A stretch of 64,000 bases of DNA from an uncultured Acidobacteriota bacterium (GCA_963720545.1 OY970399.1:2208001-2272000), one strand, 5' to 3'; shown: positions 45,848-60,075, numbered from the stretch's first letter. Program-made: numbers and translations. Notes: generated by a model from the letters alone, not told the origin.

Positions 45848-47099
45848 CCCAGTAGCGGCGGCTGCGCAGGCCGCCCTCGATGACGTGGGTTTCGACGTCC
45901 ATGACACGAGCGCCGCCGCTGCGAACGACAGCCTCCACCTCGGCGCGCGGCACGTAGCTCACTTCCATGATCGGCGTCGACGCCGTGCGCCGGCGAAAGG
46001 CGTCGCGGCGCTGCCGTGCAAAGCGCCGCAGGCGCCAGTATTGCGCTCTGAGGAACCGCCGCGCAGCTACCGCACCGAGCGCGGCCGCGAGCTTTGAGAG
46101 CCGCGGGTAGCTGACCGCGAGCGGCGCGGGCCCGGGGCCCGCCGCGGCGCCGCCACCGACGACCTCGACCGCGACCAACGCCGGCGGCGAGCCGCAGTCG
46201 GAGAACCACGCGACATGTTCCTGGACCACGTCCAGCTGCAGCACGTGCGTGCCGTTCGCGGCTGGCGCCAGGAGGCTGACGAGAACCGTCACGGCACTGC
46301 CCGGAAGGAGGTCGTGCGGCAGCAGCACGCGAACGCTGCCCTTGTGGAGCGGCCGGCGCCAGCCATCCAGGTAGCGTCCGCCGACTGTCACGGCGAAGCG
46401 GGAGTCGTTCTGGCCGCGGCACGGCCAGGGTGTCGTGCCAACGTTCCTGGCCGTCACCTCGAGCGTGAACCGCGAACCCGCCGCGAGCGGGCCTGGCGGC
46501 GTTGAAACGCTGAGCTGCGCGCGGCGCTGCGCCGCGGGCAGCGGTGCCGCGCCGGTCGTGCGCGTCGCGTCCGGCGGCGAGTCCACGGTTGCCTGGTCCG
46601 ACGGCAGCTGGAACACCGCAACGCCGCCGGATCGAAGCAGCCGGCAGAACTCGGCGATGTAGCCCTTCGCCGACTCGGGCGCCATGTGCTGCAGGACCAG
46701 CGTCGAGTAAACGAAGTCGAACGTGGCGTCGGTGAACAGGCGCAGGTGCGGCTCGGCGTTCAGATGGTAGAAGACCCGGCCCGGATGATGATCGAGGCGC
46801 CGCGCCGCCACGAGCATCGAGGGTGCGATGTCGACACCGTCGACGCGGGCAAAATGGTCGGCGAGCGCCTGGCTCAAGCGTCCGACGCCGCAGCCAAAGT
46901 CGAGGACGACGCCGCGGCGTATCGTGACCGAGCGCTGCGCTGCGCCGGCGAGGATCATCTCGATCTCGGCGCGGCCGGTGGCGAAGAACTCCTCGGCCGA
47001 CCAGCGGCCGTGCTCCTTGCCGTCCGTGGTGAGGACCGCCCACAAGGGGTCCTCGCGCCCGAAACGGTCCCAGTGCTTCTGTACTTCCTGAAGGTCCAA
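45837..47099 (-). CDS. class I SAM-dependent methyltransferase with inserted Ig-like domain
   Basis: DPLWAVL, VLDFGCGVGRL, GVDIAPSM, VLQHM, RLLRSGG; RNVGTTPW...DVVQE.V.WF. Confidence 0.8.
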   Translation of the reverse strand: MDLQEVQKHWDRFGREDPLWAVLTTDGKEHGRWSAEEFFATGRAEIEMILAGAAQRSVTIRRGVVLDFGCGVGRLSQALADHFARVDGVDIAPSMLVAARRLDHHPGRVFYHLNAEPHLRLFTDATFDFVYSTLVLQHMAPESAKGYIAEFCRLLRSGGVAVFQLPSDQATVDSPPDATRTTGAAPLPAAQRRAQLSVSTPPGPLAAGSRFTLEVTARNVGTTPWPCRGQNDSRFAVTVGGRYLDGWRRPLHKGSVRVLLPHDLLPGSAVTVLVSLLAPAANGTHVLQLDVVQEHVAWFSDCGSPPALVAVEVVGGGAAAGPGPAPLAVSYPRLSKLAAALGAVAARRFLRAQYWRLRRFARQRRDAFRRRTASTPIMEVSYVPRAEVEAVVRSGGARVMDVETHVIEGGLRSRRYWVTK

Positions 47100-47167
47100 G
47101 CAATTCCCCGAAAAACTGCCGCTACGACACCCTACGGTACACTTTGCCTTCCGCTCGCCCCATCCAA

Positions 47168-47953
47168 ATGCTCCGCCAGATAGAAGACCTGCTTCGCCAC
47201 CGGGCGCTCATCGAGAGCCTCGTGAGCCGCGACCTCAAGGCCCGCTACCGCGGCAGCATCCTCGGCTTCGTCTGGAGCTTCATCAACCCGATCCTGCTGC
47301 TGCTCACCTACTGGCTCGTCTTCACCTACATGTTTCCGGGCGCGCGCACCGCCGCGATCACCCCGTACTTCCTTTTCATCTTCTGCGGCATCCTGCCGTG
47401 GACCTGGTTCAGCGCCTCGGCCGCCGAGGCCTCGGGCGTCCTCATCAGCAGCGGCAACCTCATCAAGAAGGTGCTGTTTCCCGCGGAGGTGCTGCCGACG
47501 GTCAGCGTGCTCGCGAACCTCGCGCACTTCTCTTACGGCCTGCCGATCCTGCTGTTCTTCATCGTGCTCTACGGCCGGCTCTCGTTCACCATCCTGCTGT
47601 TGCCGGTGGTGATCGCCGTGCAGCTCGTCTTCACCCTGGGCTTTTGCTACCTGCTCGCGGCACTCACCGTCCACTTCCGCGACATCCAGAGCATCCTGAG
47701 CCACGTGCTGCACGTCTGGTTCTTCGCGACGCCCGTGCTCTACGACTTCCAGTCGCTGCCGGTGCCGCTGCGCTCGGTGCTGCGCTTCAACCCGATGACG
47801 CACGTGATCCTCTCCTACCAGGAGATCCTGTTCCACGGCACCTTCAACCACGCGCGCGGGCTGGCGCTCGCAGCACTCGCCTCCTTTGCGATGCTCGCCG
47901 CCGGCCTGTTCCTGTTCGAGCGGCTGCGCGATACGCTTGCGGAAGAAGTATGA
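47168..47953 (+). CDS. wzm: ABC-2 polysaccharide export permease
   Basis: [34 protein letters not shown]. Confidence 0.9.
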   Translation: MLRQIEDLLRHRALIESLVSRDLKARYRGSILGFVWSFINPILLLLTYWLVFTYMFPGARTAAITPYFLFIFCGILPWTWFSASAAEASGVLISSGNLIKKVLFPAEVLPTVSVLANLAHFSYGLPILLFFIVLYGRLSFTILLLPVVIAVQLVFTLGFCYLLAALTVHFRDIQSILSHVLHVWFFATPVLYDFQSLPVPLRSVLRFNPMTHVILSYQEILFHGTFNHARGLALAALASFAMLAAGLFLFERLRDTLAEEV

Positions 47954-49296
47954 GCGGCAAGATTCCGGCAATCGCCGCCAGGGACCTGACCAAGATTTAC
48001 CGGCGCTTCCTGCACAAGAACCAGTTCAAGACACTGAAGAGCGCGCTCCTCAAGGGCAGCCTGCTCTCCGACCTGCGCCCCGACCAGACCTTCACGGCCC
48101 TCGATCACGTGTCGTTCGAGGTGCCGAAGGGTTGCACCTTCGGCGTGATCGGCGAGAACGGCTCGGGCAAGTCGACGACCCTGAAGCTGCTCGCCGGCAT
48201 CACCAAGCCGACCTTCGGCAGCCTCGCGATCGACGGCCGCGTCTCGGCGCTCATCGAGCTGGGCGCCGGCTTCCATCCCGAGATCACCGGCCGCGAGAAC
48301 GTCGCGATCAACGGGGTGATGCTGGGGTTGACGCGCAAGCAGGTGGACGAGCGCTTCGAGGCGATCGTCGACTTCGCCGAGCTGCGCGAGTTCATCGACG
48401 CGCCGGTCAAGACCTACTCCTCGGGGATGTACGCGCGCCTCGGCTTCGCGGTCGCGATCCACGTGGACCCGCAGGTGCTGCTGATCGACGAGGTGCTGGC
48501 GGTAGGCGACGAAGGCTTCACCCGCAAGTGCCTCGACAAGATCGGCGAGTTTCGCCGCCAGGGCCGCACCATCGTCATCGTCACGCACAGCCTTGGCCTG
48601 GTCGAGAAGATGTGCGACGACCTGCTGTGGCTGCGCCACGGCAAGGTCGCCGACCAGGGAGACCCGAAGCGCGTCGTGGACGCGTACCTCACTTATGTCG
48701 CCGGCGGCGAGGAGGCGCTGTTCGCGCAGCGCCAGGCGGCCGCGACCGGCGCCGCCGCCGCGCCACAGGAGCCGGCGCCGCCGAATGTCGGCGCGGACGA
48801 GAAGAGCGGGTATCGGGAGGGCCGCTGGGGCAGCGGCGAGATCGAGATCGTGGCGGTGGCGCTGCGCGACGCTTCCGGGCGCGAGCGCCACATGTTCGTG
48901 CCGGGCGAAAAACTGCGCGTCGACCTGCGGGTGCGGGCGCGCAGCGAGTGCACCGACTTCGTCTTCGGCATCGGCATCTTCACGGTGGACGGCCAGGCGG
49001 TCTACGGCACCAACACCCACATCGAGGACTACGTGGCGACGCGCCTCGCGGGCGAGGCGCGCGTCGGCTTCGAGATCGACGACCTGCGGCTCGTCGAGGG
49101 CACCTACCTCATCGACCTCGCGGTGCACGCCCGCGACGGCACGCCCTACGACTATCACCGGGGCAAGTACTCGTTCCGCGTCAAGAGCCACGTCAAGGAC
49201 GTCGGCGTCTATCGCCCGGCGCACCGCTGGACGTTCTCGCCCGAGGCGGCGGTTGCGCCGCCGCAGCCGCGCGCGGAGCTGGACCTCTCCGAGTGA
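47950..49296 (+). CDS. wzt: polysaccharide export ABC ATPase with C-terminal carbohydrate-binding (Wzt_C) domain
   Basis: [39 protein letters not shown]-terminal RWGSGE...L..G.Y. Confidence 0.92.
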   Translation: MSGKIPAIAARDLTKIYRRFLHKNQFKTLKSALLKGSLLSDLRPDQTFTALDHVSFEVPKGCTFGVIGENGSGKSTTLKLLAGITKPTFGSLAIDGRVSALIELGAGFHPEITGRENVAINGVMLGLTRKQVDERFEAIVDFAELREFIDAPVKTYSSGMYARLGFAVAIHVDPQVLLIDEVLAVGDEGFTRKCLDKIGEFRRQGRTIVIVTHSLGLVEKMCDDLLWLRHGKVADQGDPKRVVDAYLTYVAGGEEALFAQRQAAATGAAAAPQEPAPPNVGADEKSGYREGRWGSGEIEIVAVALRDASGRERHMFVPGEKLRVDLRVRARSECTDFVFGIGIFTVDGQAVYGTNTHIEDYVATRLAGEARVGFEIDDLRLVEGTYLIDLAVHARDGTPYDYHRGKYSFRVKSHVKDVGVYRPAHRWTFSPEAAVAPPQPRAELDLSE

Positions 49297-49774
49297 CGGC
49301 GCCGCGCCCGACGTTCGCCGCGAGCCTCTCGGAGCTGGGCGCGGAGCGCGCCGCGTGGCGCGAGCGCGGCCTGCGCGTGGCGTTCACCAACGGCTGCTTC
49401 GACCTGCTGCACGCCGGCCACCTGTCGCTTCTCGAGCAGGCGCGCGCGGCGGCCGACGTGCTGGTGGTCGCGATCAACTCCGATGCTTCGGTGCGCCGGC
49501 TGAAGGGCGAGGGCCGGCCGACGGTTCCGGAAATGGAGCGCGCCGAGGTGCTGCGCGCGCTCGAGTGCGTGGACCGCGTGACGATCTACGAAGAAGACAC
49601 GCCGCTGCGCGCGATCGAGGCGCTGCTGCCCGACGTCCTCGTGAAGGGCGCCGACTGGGCGCTCGACCGGATCGTCGGCCGCGCCGAGGTCGCGGCCGCG
49701 GGCGGCGTGGTGCTGCGCGTGCCGCTCCTGCCGGGACTGTCGACGACCGAGCTGCTGGCGCGCGTCCGGCGCAC

Positions 49775-49778
<4 letters not shown>
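49293..49778 (+). CDS. rfaE2: D-glycero-beta-D-manno-heptose 1-phosphate adenylyltransferase (stand-alone)
   Basis: [36 protein letters not shown]. Confidence 0.9.
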
Positions 49779-53197
<3,419 letters not shown>

Positions 53198-53201
53198 CGC
53201 C

Positions 53202-54935
53202 ATGACCGCCAGAAACTCACGCCGCGAATTCGTTTCACTCGCCGGAGCAACCCTGGCCGCTGCCGGTGCGCCACCGGTTGCCCGCGCCGCCGCACAAGCC
53301 GCGGCAGCGCGCGACGTCCGGGATGTGCGCGACGCGGAACTCGTGGTGGTGAACGCGCGCGTCTACACGGTCGACGACCGCGTGCCGCGCGCCGCAGCCT
53401 TCGCGGTCGCCGCCGGACGGTTCCTCGCGGTCGGCACCAGCGCTGAAATCGGGACGCTTGCCGGCAAGGGCACGCGCACCCTCGACGCCGAGGGGCTGAC
53501 CGTGGTGCCGGGTTTCATCGACTGCCACAACCATCCGGTCGGCGCCATGCTGCTCTACGAGGTGCTGGTCGGCAATCCGTTCGAAGTCGAGTTCGTCACC
53601 ATCGCGAGCATCGTCGCGAAGCTGCGCGCCCGCGCCCGCGAGACGCCGCCGGGCATCTGGGTCGCGGGCTATTTTCACGACGACACCAAGGTGAAGGACG
53701 GCCGCGCCCTCAGCATCGCCGATCTCGATTCCGTGTCCACCGAGCACCCGGTGGTCGTGCGCCATCGCGGCGGCCATACGTCGTTCTACAACAGCAAGGC
53801 GTTCGCACTGGCGGGAGTCACGAAGGCGACGGCGAACCCGCCCGGCGGCACCTTCGACCGCGATGCCACGGGCAACCTCACCGGGCGCGTCACCGACCGG
53901 GCGATGGACGTCCTGGACGAGAAAGGCCAGCGCCACTCGTTCACCGCGGCGCAGGAAGCCGAGCGCGAGCGCCACGGCCTCGCCCACATCTCGAAGCAGT
54001 TCGCGCGCTACGGCCTCACCAGCGTGCACCACGAGAGCGGCGACCTGGCGGCGATCCAGGAGGTGCGCGCGCGCGGCGAACTGCGCCACCGCGTCAGCTA
54101 CGAGGCGAGCGGCGCGGTACTCGAAGCGATGATCGCAAACGGCATCCGCAGCGGCTTCGGCGACGAGTGGATGCGCTTCGGCGCGACCTCGGAGCACATC
54201 GTCGACGGCTCCTTCTCCGAACGCACCATGGCGCTGCGCACCGCCTATCCCGGCTCGACCACGGGCTACAAGGGCAACGTCACCGAGGACCAGGAGACGC
54301 TCGACGCGTGGGTGGAGCGCGTGCACCGCGCCGGCATCCAGGTCAACTGCCACGCCAACGGCGACGTCGCGATCGCCTCGGTGCTCACCGCCTACGAACG
54401 CGCGCTCGCCGCGTTTCCAGTGGCCGACACGCGCCCGAAGATCACGCACTGCACGCTCATCGACGACGACCTGCTGCGGCGCATGAAGGCGCTGGGTGCG
54501 GTGCCGATGCCGTTCACGACCTACGCGTACTACAACACCGACAAGTTCCACTTCTACGGCGAAGACCTGATGAAGCGGGCGATGGCCTACCGCTCGTTCC
54601 TCGACGCCGGCATCGTGCCGGCGGCCGGCTCCGATTTCTACCCCGGGCCCTTCGCGCCGCTCATGGGCATGCAGGGCATGGTGACGCGCACCGGATGGAA
54701 CGGCGAGCAGTGGGGCCTCAACCAGCGCGTGAGCGTCGCCGAGGCGCTGCGCATCAACACGCTGAACGGCGCTTATTCCACCCACGAGGAAGCCGCCAAG
54801 GGCTCGATCACGGCCGGCAAGTTGGCCGACTTCGTGATGCTCGCCGACGATCCGCACGAGGTGGCGCCCGAAAAGATCAAGGACATCAGGATCGTGCGCA
54901 CGGTTGCCGGAGGCAACACGGTCTACGAGCCATGA
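53202..54935 (+). CDS. Tat-exported amidohydrolase family 3 (YtcJ-like)
   Basis: SRREFV twin-arginine signal; PGFIDCHNH, HANGD, GSD, GSI..GKLADFV. Confidence 0.88.
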   Translation: MTARNSRREFVSLAGATLAAAGAPPVARAAAQAAAARDVRDVRDAELVVVNARVYTVDDRVPRAAAFAVAAGRFLAVGTSAEIGTLAGKGTRTLDAEGLTVVPGFIDCHNHPVGAMLLYEVLVGNPFEVEFVTIASIVAKLRARARETPPGIWVAGYFHDDTKVKDGRALSIADLDSVSTEHPVVVRHRGGHTSFYNSKAFALAGVTKATANPPGGTFDRDATGNLTGRVTDRAMDVLDEKGQRHSFTAAQEAERERHGLAHISKQFARYGLTSVHHESGDLAAIQEVRARGELRHRVSYEASGAVLEAMIANGIRSGFGDEWMRFGATSEHIVDGSFSERTMALRTAYPGSTTGYKGNVTEDQETLDAWVERVHRAGIQVNCHANGDVAIASVLTAYERALAAFPVADTRPKITHCTLIDDDLLRRMKALGAVPMPFTTYAYYNTDKFHFYGEDLMKRAMAYRSFLDAGIVPAAGSDFYPGPFAPLMGMQGMVTRTGWNGEQWGLNQRVSVAEALRINTLNGAYSTHEEAAKGSITAGKLADFVMLADDPHEVAPEKIKDIRIVRTVAGGNTVYEP

Positions 54936-55720
54936 GGCGGGCGTTCGTCCTCGCCTGGCTGGCCGCGAGTGTCGTCCTCTACGGTTGTCAGCGCCGCGGC
55001 GCCGCCGCGTCGCTCGTGGAATACGAAGGCGCGACGGTGTCCCGCGCCAGTTTCGCGGCATACGTCCAGGATCTTGAAGCACGGGGCGGACCGCTCACGC
55101 CCGAGGTTCGCGACTCGGTGCGCAAGACCTTCATCGAGGAGAGCGTGCTCGCGATCGAGGCGAGGCGTCGGGGCCTGCTGAAGCCGCAGGCCAGCCGCGA
55201 GCAGCAGGACGCGGCGATCCGCGCCCTGCTTGCGCGCCAGGCCGAGGATGTCACCGTAAGCGAAGAGGAAATCGCCGCCGAGTACGCGCGCAGCGGCGCA
55301 AGGCTGCGCGAGCCCGAGACGATCACGCTCAGCCAGATCCTGGTGCGCACCAGCCGCGAGGCCCTCGACCTGCGCGACCGCCTGGCGCGGCGCGCAACAC
55401 CCTTCGAGGCGCTGGCACGGGCGCGCTCGATTGGCCCGGAGGCGGCGAAGGGCGGGCTCATGGGCACGTTCCGCCGCGGCGAGCTTCCCGAGGAGCTCGA
55501 AAAATCGGCCTGGACGCTGCGGCCGGGAGCCATGAGCGGGGTCGTCTCGAGCCCGCTCGGATTTCACATTCTCCGCCTCGACGCGCGCGCCGAAGGCCGC
55601 ATCGAGTCTCTGGATGCCGCGCATGCGGCGCTGCGGGCGCGGCTGCTGGCCGAAAAGACCGACGGAAAAGTGCGACAATTCGTGGCAGGGCTCCTTGCCC
55701 GCGCCAAGGTGAATGAATGA
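54932..55720 (+). CDS. parvulin-type peptidyl-prolyl isomerase lipoprotein
   Basis: Lipobox LYGC; QILV...FEALAR..S..P....GG.MG...G.MS.VV.SPLGFHI. Confidence 0.85.
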   Translation: MRRAFVLAWLAASVVLYGCQRRGAAASLVEYEGATVSRASFAAYVQDLEARGGPLTPEVRDSVRKTFIEESVLAIEARRRGLLKPQASREQQDAAIRALLARQAEDVTVSEEEIAAEYARSGARLREPETITLSQILVRTSREALDLRDRLARRATPFEALARARSIGPEAAKGGLMGTFRRGELPEELEKSAWTLRPGAMSGVVSSPLGFHILRLDARAEGRIESLDAAHAALRARLLAEKTDGKVRQFVAGLLARAKVNE

Positions 55721-56958
55721 AGTTCCGGCCTGCCGCAACCCTCGCTTTAGTGCTTCTGCCCGCGCTCGTCCGCTCCGAGGTCATCGAACGCGTCTTCGTG
55801 CGGGTGGGCGGCGAAATCATCACGATGTCCGACTTCACCAACCGTCAGGTGGCGGCGGCGCAGGCGGCGCGCATCCCGCCCGACAAGGTGGACGCCTACC
55901 TGCGCGAGAACAACGCCAAGATCCTGCAGGACGCGATCGACGAGCTGCTGCTGGTGCGGCGCGCCTCCGACCTCGGCCTCAAGCTGCGGCCCGACTACGT
56001 GGACGAGGTCATCGAGGGCATCAAGAAGGACAACAAGATCGACAACGAGGAAGACTTCAACGCGCGCCTGCGCGGCGAGGGCATGACGCTCGCCGACCTC
56101 AAGCGCAACATCGAACGCTCGATCCTGCGCCAGCAGGTGATCCGCAAGGAACTGGAGCCGACGATCGCCGTGTCCGACGCCGACGCGCGCGCCGCCTACG
56201 AGAGCCGCAAGGCCGACTTCACCACCCCGGCAACGATCCACCTGCAGGAGATCCTGGTTGCGCCCGCGTCGCCGGCGGGGCTGGCGAAGGCGCGCGAGAT
56301 CGCCGCGGCGGTGCGCGGCGGACAGGACTTCGCGGAACAGGCGAAGCGCAACAGCGGCTCGCCCACGGCAGCCCTCGGCGGCGAGCTGGGCGAGCTCACG
56401 GCCGCCGACCTCGCGCCGGTGCTGGCGCGCGAGGCCGCGAAGCTGAAGCCGGGCGAGATTTCCGAGCCGTTCGTGGACGGCGGCGGCTACCGCATCGTGC
56501 GCGTCGTGAGCCGCAAACCCGAGGTCGTGAGGCCGTTCGAGGAAGCGCGCCAGGACGTCGTCAACCAGCTGATGCGGCCGAAGTACGACGAGCAGTACGA
56601 GAAATACATGGCCGGCCTGCGCGAGGCCGCCAAGCCCGAGACCCAGGTCATGGTCCGCGAGGTGCCGACCGAAGTGACGCTGAGCGGCGAGGGCTCGATC
56701 CTGTCCGGCACCGAAGCCGATACCGCGGCGCCCGGCGGAGCGCCGGGGGCATCGACATCAAAGGCGCCGGCGGCGCCCGCCGACCCCGACGCCGAGATTT
56801 CCACGACCGGGTCCGCGAAACCGCAGCGCATCGCCCCTGAGGAGACGGTCCCGGCGGCGCCCGCAACGGCTCCCGCGCCGGCCGCCCCGAAGCCGTCGCC
56901 AACACCCACTCCCAGGCCCACTCCCACGCCGTCGCCGACACCGCCCGCGCAGCGCTAG
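55717..56958 (+). CDS. SurA-like periplasmic chaperone/PPIase with Pro/Thr-rich tail
   Basis: EVIERV..RV.GEIIT.SD SurA N-domain; one parvulin domain (DFAE.AK..S...GGELG). Confidence 0.85.
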   Translation: MKFRPAATLALVLLPALVRSEVIERVFVRVGGEIITMSDFTNRQVAAAQAARIPPDKVDAYLRENNAKILQDAIDELLLVRRASDLGLKLRPDYVDEVIEGIKKDNKIDNEEDFNARLRGEGMTLADLKRNIERSILRQQVIRKELEPTIAVSDADARAAYESRKADFTTPATIHLQEILVAPASPAGLAKAREIAAAVRGGQDFAEQAKRNSGSPTAALGGELGELTAADLAPVLAREAAKLKPGEISEPFVDGGGYRIVRVVSRKPEVVRPFEEARQDVVNQLMRPKYDEQYEKYMAGLREAAKPETQVMVREVPTEVTLSGEGSILSGTEADTAAPGGAPGASTSKAPAAPADPDAEISTTGSAKPQRIAPEETVPAAPATAPAPAAPKPSPTPTPRPTPTPSPTPPAQR

Positions 56959-56964
56959 TTCGCG

Positions 56965-57345
56965 GTGGCCCGCGCCAGCGCGACCCGCACTCGCACGCCC
57001 GCTCGAGCTGACACTCGAAAGGACGCCTTCGTCGCGCGCGTCTACGAAGTCATCCGGGCGATTCCGAGGGGCAACGTCGCGACCTATGGCCTGGTGGCGG
57101 CGCTCGCCGGCTTCCCCGGCCGGGCGCGCGCGGTCGGCTGGGCGCTGCGGGTCATGGCGCCGGGCGTCGCGCGGCGCGTGCCGTGGCACCGCGTGGTGGG
57201 CGCCACGGGCCGCATCGCGGTGCGCGCCGGCGACTCGGCCTCACGCCAGCGGCAAAAGCTGCGCGCCGAGGGCGTTTCCTTCCGCCGCGACCGCATCGAC
57301 ATGGCGCGCCACGACTACGCGCGCGCCACCTCTACTCGTGGGTGA
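56965..57345 (+). CDS. atl: alkyltransferase-like protein (ATL/YbaZ, MGMT family)
   Basis: IPRG.VATYG, ARAVG, PWHRV (Trp replaces the catalytic Cys). Confidence 0.85.
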   Translation: MARASATRTRTPARADTRKDAFVARVYEVIRAIPRGNVATYGLVAALAGFPGRARAVGWALRVMAPGVARRVPWHRVVGATGRIAVRAGDSASRQRQKLRAEGVSFRRDRIDMARHDYARATSTRG

Positions 57346-58834
57346 CGAGGTCGAACTGCTCCTGGTGCAGCAGCGGGTCGCCCTGGATCTTGACGCGGCC
57401 GCCGACCAGCGACTCGAGCGAACGCCACACCGAGGCGTGGTCGGCGGCGAAGCCGCGCGCGACCGCGGGGTTGACCCGCAGCACCAGCGGCTGGCCGCGC
57501 AGGTCGTCCGAGAGCTTGTGGATCTCGTCGTGGATCTCGTGCGCCACCGTGGCCACGCTCTTCACCGCGCCGCGGCCGTCGCAGTAAGGGCACGGCTCGC
57601 ACAGCATGTGCTCGAGCGATTCCTTGACGCGCTTGCGGGTGACGATGGCGAGCCCGAATTCGTTGATCGAGAGGATCTTGGTGGGCGAGCGGTCCTTGCG
57701 CAGCTCCTGCTCCAGGATCGCCATCACCTTCTTGCGGTTCTTGCGCTCCTCCATGTCGATGAAGTCGACGACGATGATGCCGCCGAGGTCGCGCAGCCGT
57801 ATCTGGCGGACGAGCTCCGTGGCCGCGTCGATGTTGGTCTGCAGCACCGTGTCCTCGAGCTTGCGCGAGCCGACGTTGCGGCCGGTGTTGACGTCGATCG
57901 CGACCAGCGCTTCCGTCTGGTTGATGACGATGTAGCCGCCCGACTGCAGCCACACCTTGGAGCGCAGCGCCTTCTCGATCTCGGCGGCGACACCGTGCTC
58001 CTCGAAGATGCTCTCCTTGCGGGTGTGCAGCCGGACGCGGCTCAGCATCTCGGGCTGCAGCTGGGCGACGAGATCCGCGGTTTTCTGGTGTTCCTTGGCG
58101 TCGTCGAGGTGGATGGCCCCCATGTTCTGGTTGAGGATGTCGCGCAGCAGCCGCTGCACCAGTGCCAGCTCGGTGTGCAGCACCGCCGGCGCCGGGGTGC
58201 GCGAGGCGACCGCGCGCACCTCGTCCCAGGCTTTCACCAGGTAGCGCGCGTCGCGCTCGAAGTCCTCGACCGACTTCGAGCCGCCGGCGGTGCGGGCGAT
58301 GAAGCCGCCGCCGCCACTGTCATGGCGGATCTGCTTGAGGATGGTCTTGAGCCGGCGCCTTTCGTCGTCGTCGCTGATCTTGCGCGACACCCCGATGTGC
58401 TCGACCGTGGGCATGTAGACGAGGTAGCGCCCGGGCAGCGAGACGTGCGAGGTGATGCGCGCACCCTTGGTGCCGAGCGGCTCTTTCAGCACCTGCACCA
58501 CGATCTCCTGGCCTTCCTTCAGCTTTTCCTCGATCGACAGCGACTTGTTGCGCTCGGAACGCGGCGCGTCCTCCTTTTCCTCGTCGGTCAGCAGGTTCTG
58601 GTCGAGGCCCTCCAGGGCGTCGGCCACGTAGAGGAACGCGTCGCGCTCGAGGCCGATGTCGAGGAACGCCGACTGCATGCCGGGCAGCACCCGGGTGACC
58701 CGTCCCTTGTAGACGTTGCCGACGACGTTACGCTGCGCCTGCCGCTCGATGAACAGCTCGGCCAGCACCCCGTCTTCGAGAAGCGCCACCCTGGTCTCTT
58801 GCGGCGTGGTGCTGACGATGATGTCTTTGATCAT
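57332..58834 (-). CDS. rng: ribonuclease E/G family (RNase G-sized, about 500 aa)
   Basis: GNVYKGRV.RVLPGMQSAF, IDVNTG, LRDLGGIIVVDFIDM, CPYC.G.G. Confidence 0.95.
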   Translation of the reverse strand: MIKDIIVSTTPQETRVALLEDGVLAELFIERQAQRNVVGNVYKGRVTRVLPGMQSAFLDIGLERDAFLYVADALEGLDQNLLTDEEKEDAPRSERNKSLSIEEKLKEGQEIVVQVLKEPLGTKGARITSHVSLPGRYLVYMPTVEHIGVSRKISDDDERRRLKTILKQIRHDSGGGGFIARTAGGSKSVEDFERDARYLVKAWDEVRAVASRTPAPAVLHTELALVQRLLRDILNQNMGAIHLDDAKEHQKTADLVAQLQPEMLSRVRLHTRKESIFEEHGVAAEIEKALRSKVWLQSGGYIVINQTEALVAIDVNTGRNVGSRKLEDTVLQTNIDAATELVRQIRLRDLGGIIVVDFIDMEERKNRKKVMAILEQELRKDRSPTKILSINEFGLAIVTRKRVKESLEHMLCEPCPYCDGRGAVKSVATVAHEIHDEIHKLSDDLRGQPLVLRVNPAVARGFAADHASVWRSLESLVGGRVKIQGDPLLHQEQFDLVTHE

Positions 58835-58977
58835 GCGGGAAGCCTTTCCCGGAACCGCGGCTCTTGCGAGGCGCGGCGGCTGGCCGCGCCCGTGCAGCTC
58901 CGCGAGGAGCCGCCGCAGCGATTGCATCTGGTGGAAGGGTTGGGGCCGTCCTGTGCGCGAACACCGCGAAGAGCACG

Positions 58978-60075
58978 CTAGTTCGCAAAACGCCGCATGC
59001 GGACGTTGAGGATCAGGCCAACGCCCATGAGCGAGGCGAGCACCGAAGAGCCGCCGTAGCTCATGAACGGCAGGGGCAGTCCCTTGACCGGAACGAGCCC
59101 TGCGATCATTGCGACATTGTAGACAACCTGGAATCCGAAAGTGGCCGCGAGTCCGGCGGCAAGAAACGCTCCTAGACGGTCCCGTGCCAGCTGGGCCGTC
59201 TCGAGGGCACGCCACAAAACGAGAAGGTACAGGGCGAGTACGCCCATGACGCCGAGGAAGCCGAACTCCTCGGCGAGTACGGAGAGAATGAAGTCGGTCT
59301 GGCGCGCCGGCAGGTAGCCGAGCTGGCTCTGGCTGCCCTGCTGGTAGCCCTTGCCGAGCAGGCCGCCCGAGCCGACCGCGATCTGCGACTGGCGCTTCTG
59401 CCAGCCGGCGCCCTGCGGGTCGCGCGACGAGTCGAGGAAGTTGTAGACGCGCTCCTTCTGGTACGGCAGCGCGAATTGCCAGCCGATCGAGACCACCACG
59501 GCCATCGCCACGAACAGGCCGAGGATGGTCTTGAGGCGCAGGCCGGCCATGAAGGTGACGGAAAGGAACAGCGGCACCAGGCAGAAGGCGGTGCCGAGGT
59601 CGGGCTCGGCGGCGATCAGGGCGGTGAGCAGTGCGATCGCGATGCCCGGAAACAAGATCTCGGCGAGGCCGAGGCTGTCCTTGCGCGACTCGGAAAAGAT
59701 CTTGGCGAGCAGCAGCGCGGCGGCGATCTTGGCGAATTCCGCCGGCTGGAACTGGCCGACGCCCGCGATCAGGAACCAGCGCCGGGTGCCGGCGATGCGC
59801 GGCGCCAGCAGCAGCACGGCCACGAGCGACGCCGCCACCGCGATGTAGATCCAGAGCGATCGGTCCGCGAAGCGCCGGTAGTCGACCATGAGCATCGCGA
59901 AGAACGCGCACAGCCCGAGGCCGATGGCGTAGATCTGCTTGACGTACAGGCCGGCGAAGCGCGGCGACTCGAAGGTGGCGGAGCGGATCGTCACGATGCT
60001 GAGGAGCAGCAGCGCGCCGACCGCGCCGAGCAGCACCCAGTCGATGTTGAAGAGCGCGCGGCGGTCAACGGACAT
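58978..60075 (-). CDS. rodA: rod shape-determining protein RodA
   Basis: RWF....FQPAEFAK, EPDLGT, IAVGSGG..GKG, TDFI, PLPFMSYGGSS. Confidence 0.95.
   Translation of the reverse strand: MSVDRRALFNIDWVLLGAVGALLLLSIVTIRSATFESPRFAGLYVKQIYAIGLGLCAFFAMLMVDYRRFADRSLWIYIAVAASLVAVLLLAPRIAGTRRWFLIAGVGQFQPAEFAKIAAALLLAKIFSESRKDSLGLAEILFPGIAIALLTALIAAEPDLGTAFCLVPLFLSVTFMAGLRLKTILGLFVAMAVVVSIGWQFALPYQKERVYNFLDSSRDPQGAGWQKRQSQIAVGSGGLLGKGYQQGSQSQLGYLPARQTDFILSVLAEEFGFLGVMGVLALYLLVLWRALETAQLARDRLGAFLAAGLAATFGFQVVYNVAMIAGLVPVKGLPLPFMSYGGSSVLASLMGVGLILNVRMRRFAN

Noticed and set aside
56965..57345. MGMT with catalytic Cys replaced by Trp as a novelty
   Set aside because: PWHRV is the established signature of alkyltransferase-like proteins.
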